Shown one piece after another: positions 26,001-33,042 of a DNA stretch of 64,000 nucleotides. The position numbers were made by a program, and so were the translations under genes. Under the pieces are notes generated by a model. It worked only from the letters and a program-made list of their open reading frames with translations, did no database searches and was not told the origin of the DNA. Origin of the DNA: an uncultured Clostridia bacterium (GTDB taxonomy: Bacteria > Bacillota > Clostridia > TANB77 > CAG-508); contig CALXFG010000003.1 of assembly GCA_944387505.1 (NCBI GenBank), positions 751 to 64,750 on the forward strand, read 5' to 3'. The stretch's first letter is position 1, and the number at the start of each line of letters is the position of its first letter.

Positions 26001-28314
26001 AAATGAGAAGTTTGGAACCATTGTCACAGAAAATATGGGAGGATATAGTTGGTACAAAAATAGCCGATTAAATCGATTAACCAGTTGGAATAATAATCCA
26101 AGTTTAGATATGCCATCAGAAGTTATCTATGTAAAAGATATGGATACGAAACAAGCATGGTCATTGGGATTAAATCCAATGCCAGATAATCAAAACTATA
26201 ATGTTATCTATGGATTTGGTTATTGTAAATATATGCATAGCAACTTAGGGATTGAACAAGAATTAGAAGTCTTTGTTCCAAGAGAAGATAGTTGCAAAAT
26301 AGGTATTTTAAAATTAAGTAATAAAACACCAAATCGAAAACACCTAAAACTATATTATTATATCAAACCCGTGATGGGAGAAGATGAAATAAAAACATCT
26401 GGAAACATTTATATAAAATTTGATAGAAACAGTAATATATTAACAGCATGTAATGTATATGCTAGTGAAATAGATAATACTAAATTATATATGTCATCTA
26501 GTGAAAAAATAAAAAGCTATACAGGAGACAAAAAATTCTTCTTAGGAAAAAATGGATTAGCAAATCCAGATGGTATCAAGAAACTGAGACTAAATAATAG
26601 CAATGCGATTGGGCGTGATACTTGTATGGTATTAGAAATTGAAGTAGAGATTGAAAGTTTTTCAAATAAAGAAATTTCTTTTGTTTTAGGAGCAGAAGAA
26701 ACCATAATGGATTGCAAAAATATAGCTTATAAATATAGTAAATTACAGAATTGTAAACAAGAATTAGAACGTATAAAAAATGATTGGAAAGAACTATTAG
26801 GAAAACTTCAAGTATATACTCCATTAGAATCAAATAATATTTTGTTAAATGGTTGGTGTATTTATCAAACATTAGAAAGTAGGCTTCTAGGAAGAAGTGG
26901 CTATTACCAATCAGGAGGTGCTTTTGGATTTAGAGATCAATTACAAGATACCATTGCTTTAAAATATATTTCACCAGAATTTTTGAAACAGCAAATTATC
27001 AAACATAGTAAACATCAATTTGAAGAGGGAGATGTAGAACATTGGTGGCATGAAGAAACGGGTAGAGGAATTCGAACAAGATTTTCAGATGATTTATTAT
27101 GGTTACCATATCTTGTGCTACAATATATTCATTTTACAGGAGATAATACTATTTTAGAGATTGAAACACCATATTTAACAGGAGCAATCTTAGAAGAAGG
27201 TGTGGATGAAAGATATGACCAATATCTACAAAGTGAAAAGCAAGAAAGTATTTATTTACACTGTATCAGAGCAATCGAAAAAAGCTTCAACTTTGGAGAA
27301 AATGGATTACCGAAAATTGGTAGTGGTGATTGGAATGATGGATTTAGTACAGTAGGAAATAAAGGTAGAGGAGAAAGTGTTTGGTTAGGATTTTTCTTAT
27401 ATAATATCTTAGATGAATTTATTCCAATATGTGAAATGATGGAAAAGAAAGAAGATAAATTTCAAAAGGAGGAAGTTGAAAATCGAAGTGCAAAATGGAG
27501 AACAATTAAAATTCAATTGAAAAAAGCATTAAATACAAATGGATGGGATGGTAGATGGTATAAAAGAGCGTTTATGGATGATGGAAATGTATTAGGTAGT
27601 ATGGAAAATGATGAATGTAGAATTGATAGTATTGCACAAAGTTGGAGTATCATATCAAAGGCAGGGGATAATGACAAAAAATATATTTCGATGGAAAGTT
27701 TAGAAAATCATCTAGTGGATAAAGAAAATGGTATTATTAAATTATTAGATCCACCATTTGAAAAAGGACATTTAGAGCCAGGATATATCAAAGCTTATTT
27801 ACCAGGTGTTAGAGAAAATGGAGGACAATATACTCATGCAAGTTGTTGGGCAATTATTGCAGAAGCTCTATTAGGATTTGGCGATAAAGCCTTAGAATTC
27901 TATCGAATGATTAATCCAATCGAACATGAAAGAACAAAAGATGCTAGTAGTAAATATAAGGTAGAACCATATGCCATTGCAGCAGATATTTATGGGGCTG
28001 GCAATTTAGCTGGAAGAGGAGGTTGGACCTGGTATACTGGTTCAAGTAGTTGGTATTATACTGCTGGAATCGAATATATATTAGGTTTAAAAATAAAAGA
28101 AGGATATTTAACGATAGAACCATGCATTCCAAAAGATTGGAAGGAATATTTAATGAGATATAAATGGAAGGATAGTATTTATAATATAAAAGTAATGAAT
28201 CAAAATCAAAAAAATACGGGAGTAGAAAAGGTATTATTAAATGGAGAAGAGGTTGAGAATAAGATTAAATTAGATGGTGGTAATAAAGTATGTAATATAG
28301 AGGTGTATATGTAA
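20062..28314 (+). CDS. Cyclic beta-1,2-glucan synthase-like giant protein (GT84 glycosyltransferase, TM blocks, GH94-type phosphorylase domain)
   Basis: 2750 aa. GT motifs VITLDADTE, LSHDLLEG and RWIRGDWQ. Two TM clusters. C-terminal GH94 signatures GGAFGFRDQLQD, GDWNDG and RENGGQYTHA. Confidence 0.85.
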   Translation: MKTNKILKIDGTILDKKQLENHLQKIASNHNLINKPSKETYPIPQLIENYETIKMVYNLLNEHVKLGMNTHPAGEWLLDNFYIIEETVKQIQKELTLKKYMNFLGIANGKYKGFARIYVLAAEIVAYTDNKIEKEDLEDYLASYQEKKTLSMEEIWNIGLFLQIAIIENIREICEKIYSSQIQKMKAENIVRKRMETPKDNKDNPIYPLKNIKKDILNDVKYPFIEYMSYILKRYGKKGYRYLKILDEIVEMTGTTVQEVIKKEHFDIAVKKVSIGNSITSIKTIQRINFLEIFEKINGVEEILKQDPADVYSKMDNPTKESYRNSIKEISKKTKISEIYIAKKILQLAKENENNGKKAHIGYYIIDKGIDKVYQELQCKAPKHMGEKTKQKLYITSNIILSIVLSLAFSSILNLYTKNLGIYLLSFFILWIPSSEIVTQIIQYMLSKVVKPKPIPKIDFSKGIDEKHACMVVIPTILKDKEKVKELMYKLEVYYIANKSKNLYFTLLGDCSESGMKEEKSDHEVIEAGIQLAENLNKKYATENAFPIFHFIYRKREWNEKENCYLGWERKRGMLTQFNEYLLGHEENVFRANTIEEYKDCIPKIQYVITLDADTELILNSAFELVGAMAHILNKPVMDEEKNVVIEGHGIIQPRIGINLDISYKTIFTQIFAGAGGIDSYTNAISDLYQDNFGEGIFTGKGIYDLKVFSKVLKNAIPENTVLSHDLLEGCYLRCGLATDIMLMDGYPTKYNSFMNRLSRWIRGDWQIISWLKSKINSKVGDIPNPLNNLSKYKIFDNLRRSLIEIAVIISLILFAILGKQYHFKTYPFMAISLITVVMSYILEIFNTMLVKKEGEHKQKKFSPRISGYKGIGLRILITIGVLPYKAYMSFIAIVKTLYRKWVSHKKLLEWMTSEEAEKQAKNDVMSYVKQMWFNIALGILSLGLALTNKGFGDFIIETILGILWIVTPVIMWYISKEKKEQKTIETLDQTEIEYVLEIGRKTWQFFKQYITKENNYLMPDNYQEDRKQKIVARTSSTNIGLSILAIVSSYDLQYETLPDTIDLLYKVITSVDSLQKWNGHLYNWYDTKTKEPLRPRYISTVDSGNFVGYLYVTKAFLEEILETLQNNDNQRFEKDMQHKKNKVENEEKMLTLQNQIREMLEIIERTIHQTDFSYLYSQEHQIFSIGYNIEENKLTDSYYDLLATEARQASLVAIAKKDIPSKHWNHLSRTLTVLGKYKGLISWSGTAFEYLMPNINIPKYKGSLLDESCKFMMMSQMKYAEEMHLPFGVSESAFNLKDLQSNYQYKAFGIPWLGLKRGLADEMVVSSYGSILAITDIPKEVVKNLKVLEKYGMYNQYGFYESIDFTPERVKKGKEAEVVKTYMAHHQGLILLSINNLINQLILQKRFVKNPEIQAVTILLQETMPEKAIITKEDKEKVEKLKYKDYEDYIVRSYNKIDERLITGNVISNENYMIAMNQKGEGVSQYKNMYINHFKRTDDNTQGMIFYIKSIKNKQIMSSSYSQNRGNAYQIRFMPDKDEQEITSGNIKAKIKTTVASNEPVELRRILLENLGNEEEIVELTGYFEPILVPKERYYAHPAFNNLFLVYEYDEKSEALIVKRKKRELGEKEIYLATTLHASRENRIGDLEYEIEEEKFMGRGNLTIPKMVKDSLPFSKKIGLVTEPVVALKRTIKIKSQEKVVIDFIVSVEEDKEQTVQNLEKYMSFENVKNEFDLSKARVEAETRYLNVKGKDIESFQKMLAYILFDDSIKSVEKEKIKQIQSFKQSELWKYGISGDLPIVLVKMKNVNDADGLKEVLKAYEYFRTKNVETEIVIIDEEKYSYENYVREEIESTILNQHMGYLKNIKAGIFILNEEEMDRQDITFLEFISVITIDCAKGNLENNLKEIEETYLENYKEISEEENTNQFTEENTEDMDILKNTENLKYYNEYGAFSEDGKEYWICVNKGKRLPTVWSHIMANEKFGTIVTENMGGYSWYKNSRLNRLTSWNNNPSLDMPSEVIYVKDMDTKQAWSLGLNPMPDNQNYNVIYGFGYCKYMHSNLGIEQELEVFVPREDSCKIGILKLSNKTPNRKHLKLYYYIKPVMGEDEIKTSGNIYIKFDRNSNILTACNVYASEIDNTKLYMSSSEKIKSYTGDKKFFLGKNGLANPDGIKKLRLNNSNAIGRDTCMVLEIEVEIESFSNKEISFVLGAEETIMDCKNIAYKYSKLQNCKQELERIKNDWKELLGKLQVYTPLESNNILLNGWCIYQTLESRLLGRSGYYQSGGAFGFRDQLQDTIALKYISPEFLKQQIIKHSKHQFEEGDVEHWWHEETGRGIRTRFSDDLLWLPYLVLQYIHFTGDNTILEIETPYLTGAILEEGVDERYDQYLQSEKQESIYLHCIRAIEKSFNFGENGLPKIGSGDWNDGFSTVGNKGRGESVWLGFFLYNILDEFIPICEMMEKKEDKFQKEEVENRSAKWRTIKIQLKKALNTNGWDGRWYKRAFMDDGNVLGSMENDECRIDSIAQSWSIISKAGDNDKKYISMESLENHLVDKENGIIKLLDPPFEKGHLEPGYIKAYLPGVRENGGQYTHASCWAIIAEALLGFGDKALEFYRMINPIEHERTKDASSKYKVEPYAIAADIYGAGNLAGRGGWTWYTGSSSWYYTAGIEYILGLKIKEGYLTIEPCIPKDWKEYLMRYKWKDSIYNIKVMNQNQKNTGVEKVLLNGEEVENKIKLDGGNKVCNIEVYM

Positions 28315-28381
28315 TCTAACTTTGTCATATACCAAAAAATTTATTTATGGTCAGAATAGAAGTTGTTTTTTTCTATACAAT

Positions 28382-28415
28382 AAAAAACGGAGTGCCTGGA
28401 AAGGCACTCCGTTTG
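28382..28415. terminator. GC-rich bidirectional terminator hairpin
   Basis: ACGGAGTGCC (28387-28396) / GGCACTCCGT (28403-28412), with an A-run before and a T-run after. Confidence 0.7.
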
Positions 28416-28416
28416 C

Positions 28417-28665
28417 TCAAACAGCAGAAGAAAGTAAGCACTTCCCTGTGCTTGAGCGTATGGATAGACATTTTATCTGCCCTAAGGCAAGAAAATCATA
28501 CTTGAGTCTATCCAAGTAATATTTTCTAAGGAATTTTTCAATTTCAAAAATTCCTCCCTCTGCTTCCTCTGCCAGATATTGTGCTGCATCTTCGGAGATA
28601 GTCACCGATACCTCCTTTTTGCTGCTGTAGATGAGCACTGCTTTTGCTGACCTTGTTTTTTTCAT
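28417..28665 (-). CDS. Hypothetical protein (82 aa) in a locally GC-enriched patch
   Basis: ORF with visibly higher GC than its flanks. No family recognised. Confidence 0.4.
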   Translation of the reverse strand: MKKTRSAKAVLIYSSKKEVSVTISEDAAQYLAEEAEGGIFEIEKFLRKYYLDRLKYDFLALGQIKCLSIRSSTGKCLLSSAV

Positions 28666-29031
28666 CTTGTGTGTTCCTCCTATTCAATTTTTGTATCCTC
28701 CTGTGGAAGCGAGGATTGTTACAACGTAACTATTTATATTATACCATATTTTACATAAAAAGTAAATTTTTAAGATTATGCGATATATATTTTTACTGTA
28801 ACATAAGAAATATATGTACAAAGATGAAAAATTAGAAAAAATAGCATATGTGTGAAAATTGCACGCATGGATAATAAAGGAAAATAACAATATTTTACAA
28901 GCTATTATGATTTAAACATGATAATATCAATAGGATTTAGAGCGAATTTAAATTTTTGATATTTAAAAGTCACAAAAAAATAATTCTCTCATATATATAG
29001 TAATAAAAGCTATAAAGGGAGGATTATTTTT

Positions 29032-29712
29032 ATGGCAAAAATATTAGTGTTTAATAATGACACAGATAGAATGGAAACGTATTACAGAAATGAAGCTGAC
29101 CCAATGCCATATAATACAAATGGAACATTAAGAGTAAGAGAATTTAGAGGTTCAAGTAAAAGTAATATATTATGGACAACAAAAAGAACCATGCAAAGCT
29201 GGAATAGTCAAAGATATATATTTGGAGGACCAATACCAGTAGGTTTTGCTTTTAAAAGACCATATGAAGGTGGACATGGAAACCAAAGTCAACATTATGC
29301 GGGAGTAGCTTTTGACGTTGGGCAAACTTTGTCAGCAGAGAGAAGAAGAGTACTTTGGAATAGTGCCAATAATTCAGGGGTATGGACATATGTAGAGCCA
29401 ATTTCGTTAACACCAACATGGGTACATTTTGACAAAAGATTTGGAAGTCCTGCTTGTAGTACAGGAGGATTTCCACAATTAAAAAGAGGAAGTTTAAGTA
29501 ATTATGTATTAATTGCACAAGATGATTTAAATACATTAGGATATCGTACAAACGGATTAGATGGTATCTTTGGTTCAGCAACACAAAATGCTGTAAGAGA
29601 ATATCAACGAACAAGAGGATTAGCAGTAGATGGAATTGTTGGCTGTAATACATGGCGCTCACTTCAAGAAGAAGTGGTGGGAACAGGTGTAACGAGTACA
29701 ACAATTAATTAA
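29032..29712 (+). CDS. Zn D-Ala-D-Ala carboxypeptidase-type (M15/VanY-like) peptidoglycan hydrolase with a C-terminal PG_binding_1 domain
   Basis: Metal ligand context SQHYAGVAFD ... WVHFD. The C-terminus GLDGIFGSATQNAVREYQRTRGLAVDGIVGCNTWRSL is a classical PG-binding repeat. A terminator follows at 29718-29748. Confidence 0.8.
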   Translation: MAKILVFNNDTDRMETYYRNEADPMPYNTNGTLRVREFRGSSKSNILWTTKRTMQSWNSQRYIFGGPIPVGFAFKRPYEGGHGNQSQHYAGVAFDVGQTLSAERRRVLWNSANNSGVWTYVEPISLTPTWVHFDKRFGSPACSTGGFPQLKRGSLSNYVLIAQDDLNTLGYRTNGLDGIFGSATQNAVREYQRTRGLAVDGIVGCNTWRSLQEEVVGTGVTSTTIN

Positions 29713-29756
29713 TCAAAAAGACTATTTCTAACAAGGAAATAGTCTTTTATCATATA

Positions 29757-29994
29757 GGTAATATCTTTAAAGAACTAGAATTAGAACAAAATTCAGTTGT
29801 CAAAAATTATTTGACAACTGCTTCAGATAGAAAAAAATATAAAACAAATTACTATAATTTAGATGCAGCAATCTCTGTTGGATATAGAGTAAATACAGAT
29901 AGAGCAAAAGTACAGAGTTGTACAAGATAAATTATACAAATCTGACTTTGATAAATTAATGGAAAGTAGTGAAATTTATAGAATATTAAAATAA
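29757..29994 (+). pseudogene. RhuM-family gene remnant (two out-of-frame fragments, no start)
   Basis: The translation ...LEQNSVVKNYLTTASDRKKYKTNYYNLDAAISVGYRVNTDRAK... matches the conserved RhuM core. The second fragment ...SDFDKLMESSEIYRILK is in another frame. Confidence 0.6.
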
Positions 29995-30112
29995 AATTGG
30001 CGTAGTATATGAAGATTCATTTTGAAGAATTATTTGAGAAAAAAATTAATAGAAAATATAAAGGGGAAAGTGTATAAAAAATGAACCGAATGAATTTAAT
30101 TCGGTTCATTTT

Positions 30113-30493
30113 TTATGCATCTTTATAATTACCACTTTTTTCTTCTTGCATTTTCACAAGTTGTGTTGTCAATAAGTAAACAACTTCTTTATTATAATTA
30201 TTCAATTTTAAGTAAGCTTCTAAAAACTTATCATCTACTAAATCATTCAAAGAGGAAGCTTGATTGTCTATCAAATCATCAAAAAGAAAATTAGAACTAA
30301 TATTAAGTGCTTTACAAAGATTGATGATAGTTGTGGCACTTCCAAAAGCAATACCTCTTTCTAATTGACTGATATATCTTGTTGATAAAGAAAGTTTTTC
30401 TGCCAATTTTTCTTGTGTATAGTTTGTTCTAGATCTAGCTAATTTGATTTTTCTACCGATATTTTTTCTTAAATATTTTTCATTACTATCCAT
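30113..30493 (-). CDS. XRE-family HTH transcriptional regulator
   Basis: HTH YTQEKLAEKLSLSTRYISQLERG. 126 aa. Confidence 0.85.
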   Translation of the reverse strand: MDSNEKYLRKNIGRKIKLARSRTNYTQEKLAEKLSLSTRYISQLERGIAFGSATTIINLCKALNISSNFLFDDLIDNQASSLNDLVDDKFLEAYLKLNNYNKEVVYLLTTQLVKMQEEKSGNYKDA

Positions 30494-30694
30494 AGACTTT
30501 GCTCCATACTAATTTGTATAAAAGTATATCAATTAGAAAAACAAAATAGAACGAACTTATAATAAGATAAAATAGACAAAAAAGAACTAATCGTTCATGA
30601 AAAATAATACAAAATAAATAAAAAATTGAAAAAAATATAAAAAAATTTGAAAAAAGTATTGCAAAATCAAAAAAGTTATATTAGAATTTAGGTG

Positions 30695-30720
30695 AAGTGG
30701 AGAGAAGTGGTACAAAGTGG
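30695..30720 (+). promoter_or_regulatory. Putative MraZ operator: three direct AAGTGG boxes at 10-bp spacing
   Basis: AAGTGG at 30695-30700, 30705-30710 and 30715-30720, about 30 nt upstream of the mraZ start. Confidence 0.6.
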
Positions 30721-30748
30721 TGGAAAAAGGAAATGAGGTGGAAGACCA

Positions 30749-31174
30749 TTGCTAATTGGTGAATATGAGCATTCTCTAGACGCTAAAGGCAGATTAATCA
30801 TGCCAGTAAAATTAAGACAAGATATGGGAGAAAAGTTCATCGTAACAAAAGGGTTAGATGGATGTTTATTTGCTTTTTCACAAGAAGAATGGTTAAACTT
30901 TGAAACAAAATTAAAAGCATTACCTCTTTCTGATAAAAATGCCAGAAACTTTGTAAGATTTTTCTTATCAGGTGCAACAGAATGTGAAATAGACAAACAA
31001 GGAAGATTTTTAATACCAAACAATTTAAGAAATGCAGCAAATTTAGAAAAAGAAGTTGTAATCATCGGTGTTGGGACAAGACTAGAAATATGGGATAAAG
31101 GCATTTGGGAAAAATGCGATGAAGATATATCAGCAGATGAAATTGCTGAAAACATGGCAAACTTAGGTATATAA
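30749..31174 (+). CDS. mraZ: Transcriptional regulator MraZ
   Basis: TTG start after GAGGTGG. The protein has two SpoVT/AbrB-like halves with ...[10 protein letters not shown]... and ...[10 protein letters not shown]... Confidence 0.95.
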   Translation: MLIGEYEHSLDAKGRLIMPVKLRQDMGEKFIVTKGLDGCLFAFSQEEWLNFETKLKALPLSDKNARNFVRFFLSGATECEIDKQGRFLIPNNLRNAANLEKEVVIIGVGTRLEIWDKGIWEKCDEDISADEIAENMANLGI

Positions 31175-31193
31175 CTTGAAAAAAGTTTATATA

Positions 31194-31380
31194 GATACAA
31201 AAGACAAACATACAAAAGATAAATATAAAAGATACAAAAGATAAAGTGAGAAGAAAACAAAAGATAACTATACAAAAGATAAAAATACAAAAGCTTTAAA
31301 AAATACAAAAGATAAATTTTTTAAAGTCTAGGATACAAGTCGAAAAATAGTAAGATACAAAAGCAAATATGAACAAAAGA
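31194..31380 (+). repeat. Array of about 10 irregularly spaced ATACAAAAGATAA motifs in the mraZ-rsmH spacer
   Basis: Copies start near 31195, 31210, 31232, 31257, 31270, 31285, 31303, 31333, 31355 and 31372, all in the same orientation. Confidence 0.9.
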
Positions 31381-31436
31381 ATTCGTGAAAACAATTTGAA
31401 ACCCAAAAGAAAAAAGACAATATACAACGATAAAGA

Positions 31437-31467
31437 CAACTGGTAGTTTTCTAATTACCAGTTGTTT
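31437..31467 (+). terminator. Hairpin (weak terminator or attenuator) upstream of rsmH
   Basis: CAACTGGTA (31437-31445) / TACCAGTTG (31456-31464) followed by TTT. Confidence 0.4.
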
Positions 31468-31495
31468 AAGCATAATAAAAGTAAGAGGTGTAAAA

Positions 31496-32425
31496 TTGAA
31501 ATTTGAACATAAACCAGTCTTGCTACAAGAATGTATAGAAGGATTACAGATAAAACCAGATGGAATATATGTAGATGGCACAATGGGAGGAGCAGGACAT
31601 AGTATAGAAATTGTAAAAAGATTATCAAGTGAAGGAAAATTAATTGGAATTGATAGAGATGAAGAAGCTTTAAAAGCTTCAAAAGAAAGATTAGCTGAAT
31701 ATACAAATGTAACCTATGTCCATGATAATCATGATAATATAAAAGAAATATTACAAAAACTTGGAATCAATCAAGTGGATGGAATTTTATTAGATTTAGG
31801 CGTTTCTTCATATCAATTAGATGAAAGAAATAGAGGTTTTAGCTATTTAGGTGAAAATGAACTAGATATGAGGATGGATAAAAGCCAAGAGCTAACAGCT
31901 AAAAAGATTGTAAACTATTATTCTGAAAAGGAATTAGCAAATATCATTTATGAATATGGAGAAGAACGATTCTCAAGACAAATTGCTAAAAATATTTGCA
32001 ATTACAGGAAAGAAAAGACAATTAATACGACAAAAGAATTGGTAGATATTATTGAAAAATCTATTCCAAAATCAAAACAAAATGATGGACATCCAGCCAA
32101 AAGAACATTTCAAGCAATTAGAATAGAAGTTAATAATGAAATTAAACCATTATATAACACAGTAAAAGATTGTATTGATTGCTTAAAACCACAAGGAAGA
32201 TTATGCATAATTACCTTTCATTCTTTAGAAGATAGAGCAGTCAAAAATGCTTATATAGAAGCAAAAGGAAAATGCACTTGCCCACCAGATTTACCATATT
32301 GTGTATGTGGAGCAAAAACATTAGGAAAAATAATAACTAAAAAACCAATTATAGCAACAAAAGAAGAGCAGGAAGAAAATTCTAGAAGCAAAAGTGCAAA
32401 ATTAAGAATTTTTGAGAAGATATAA
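31496..32425 (+). CDS. rsmH: 16S rRNA (cytosine1402-N4)-methyltransferase RsmH
   Basis: [17 protein letters not shown] and [10 protein letters not shown] motifs. TTG start. Confidence 0.95.
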   Translation: MKFEHKPVLLQECIEGLQIKPDGIYVDGTMGGAGHSIEIVKRLSSEGKLIGIDRDEEALKASKERLAEYTNVTYVHDNHDNIKEILQKLGINQVDGILLDLGVSSYQLDERNRGFSYLGENELDMRMDKSQELTAKKIVNYYSEKELANIIYEYGEERFSRQIAKNICNYRKEKTINTTKELVDIIEKSIPKSKQNDGHPAKRTFQAIRIEVNNEIKPLYNTVKDCIDCLKPQGRLCIITFHSLEDRAVKNAYIEAKGKCTCPPDLPYCVCGAKTLGKIITKKPIIATKEEQEENSRSKSAKLRIFEKI

Positions 32426-32457
32426 TGAACAAAAGTAAAGAGGAGGTGAGATAACCT

Positions 32458-32955
32458 ATGGCGACAAGATATCAATATGAAACAAGTCCAAGAAAGCTAG
32501 AGCCAGAATATAAAAGAGAAAAGAAAAGACAAAATATTAAAGTTGTAAAAGATTTGCCAAAACAAGATATCAAATTATCAAAAGAACAAAAGAAAAAACA
32601 TAGAAAAGCAACTTTATTAGTTATGGCTATATTTGCTGTATTGTTTACTATAAGTTATCGAAATACTCAAATTAATGAAAAATTTAATGAAGTTCAAAAT
32701 CTAAGAACTGAGCTATCTTCATTACAAAAAGAAAATGAACAATTACAAGTAACCATAGAAAATAGCTTAAATTTAAGCAATATAGAAAAACAAGCAAAAG
32801 AAAAATTAGGTATGCAAAAATTAACCAATAAACAAACAGTATATGTTAGTTTACCAAAGAAAGATTACATAGAATCTGCAACAGAAAAAGTAGAGATTAG
32901 TGATAATAATGAAAATTGGTTTGAAAAATTAGTTGATAAGATTTTTAATAGATAA
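32458..32955 (+). CDS. ftsL: Cell division protein FtsL-like (septum formation initiator)
   Basis: Basic N-terminus, a single TM (LLVMAIFAVLFTISY), a coiled coil, and the canonical position after rsmH. Confidence 0.75.
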   Translation: MATRYQYETSPRKLEPEYKREKKRQNIKVVKDLPKQDIKLSKEQKKKHRKATLLVMAIFAVLFTISYRNTQINEKFNEVQNLRTELSSLQKENEQLQVTIENSLNLSNIEKQAKEKLGMQKLTNKQTVYVSLPKKDYIESATEKVEISDNNENWFEKLVDKIFNR

Positions 32956-33042
32956 TTGTAAGCAAGGCAGTTATCTATTTTTTATTTATTTCTATTGGAA
33001 TAAAAACAAACACCTCTAATACATATTATTAGAGGTGTTTTT

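Noticed and set aside
28322-28890. Small ORFs 28322-28519(+), 28644-28835(+) and 28684-28890(-)
   Set aside because: They overlap the terminator hairpin, the minus-strand ORF or the promoter region. They have no SD, and their composition is implausible.
31194-31380. CRISPR array, considered for the ATACAAAAGATAA array and for the 57877-58070 repeats
   Set aside because: The repeat units are short or degenerate, the spacers are irregular and far too short, and there are no cas genes in the window.
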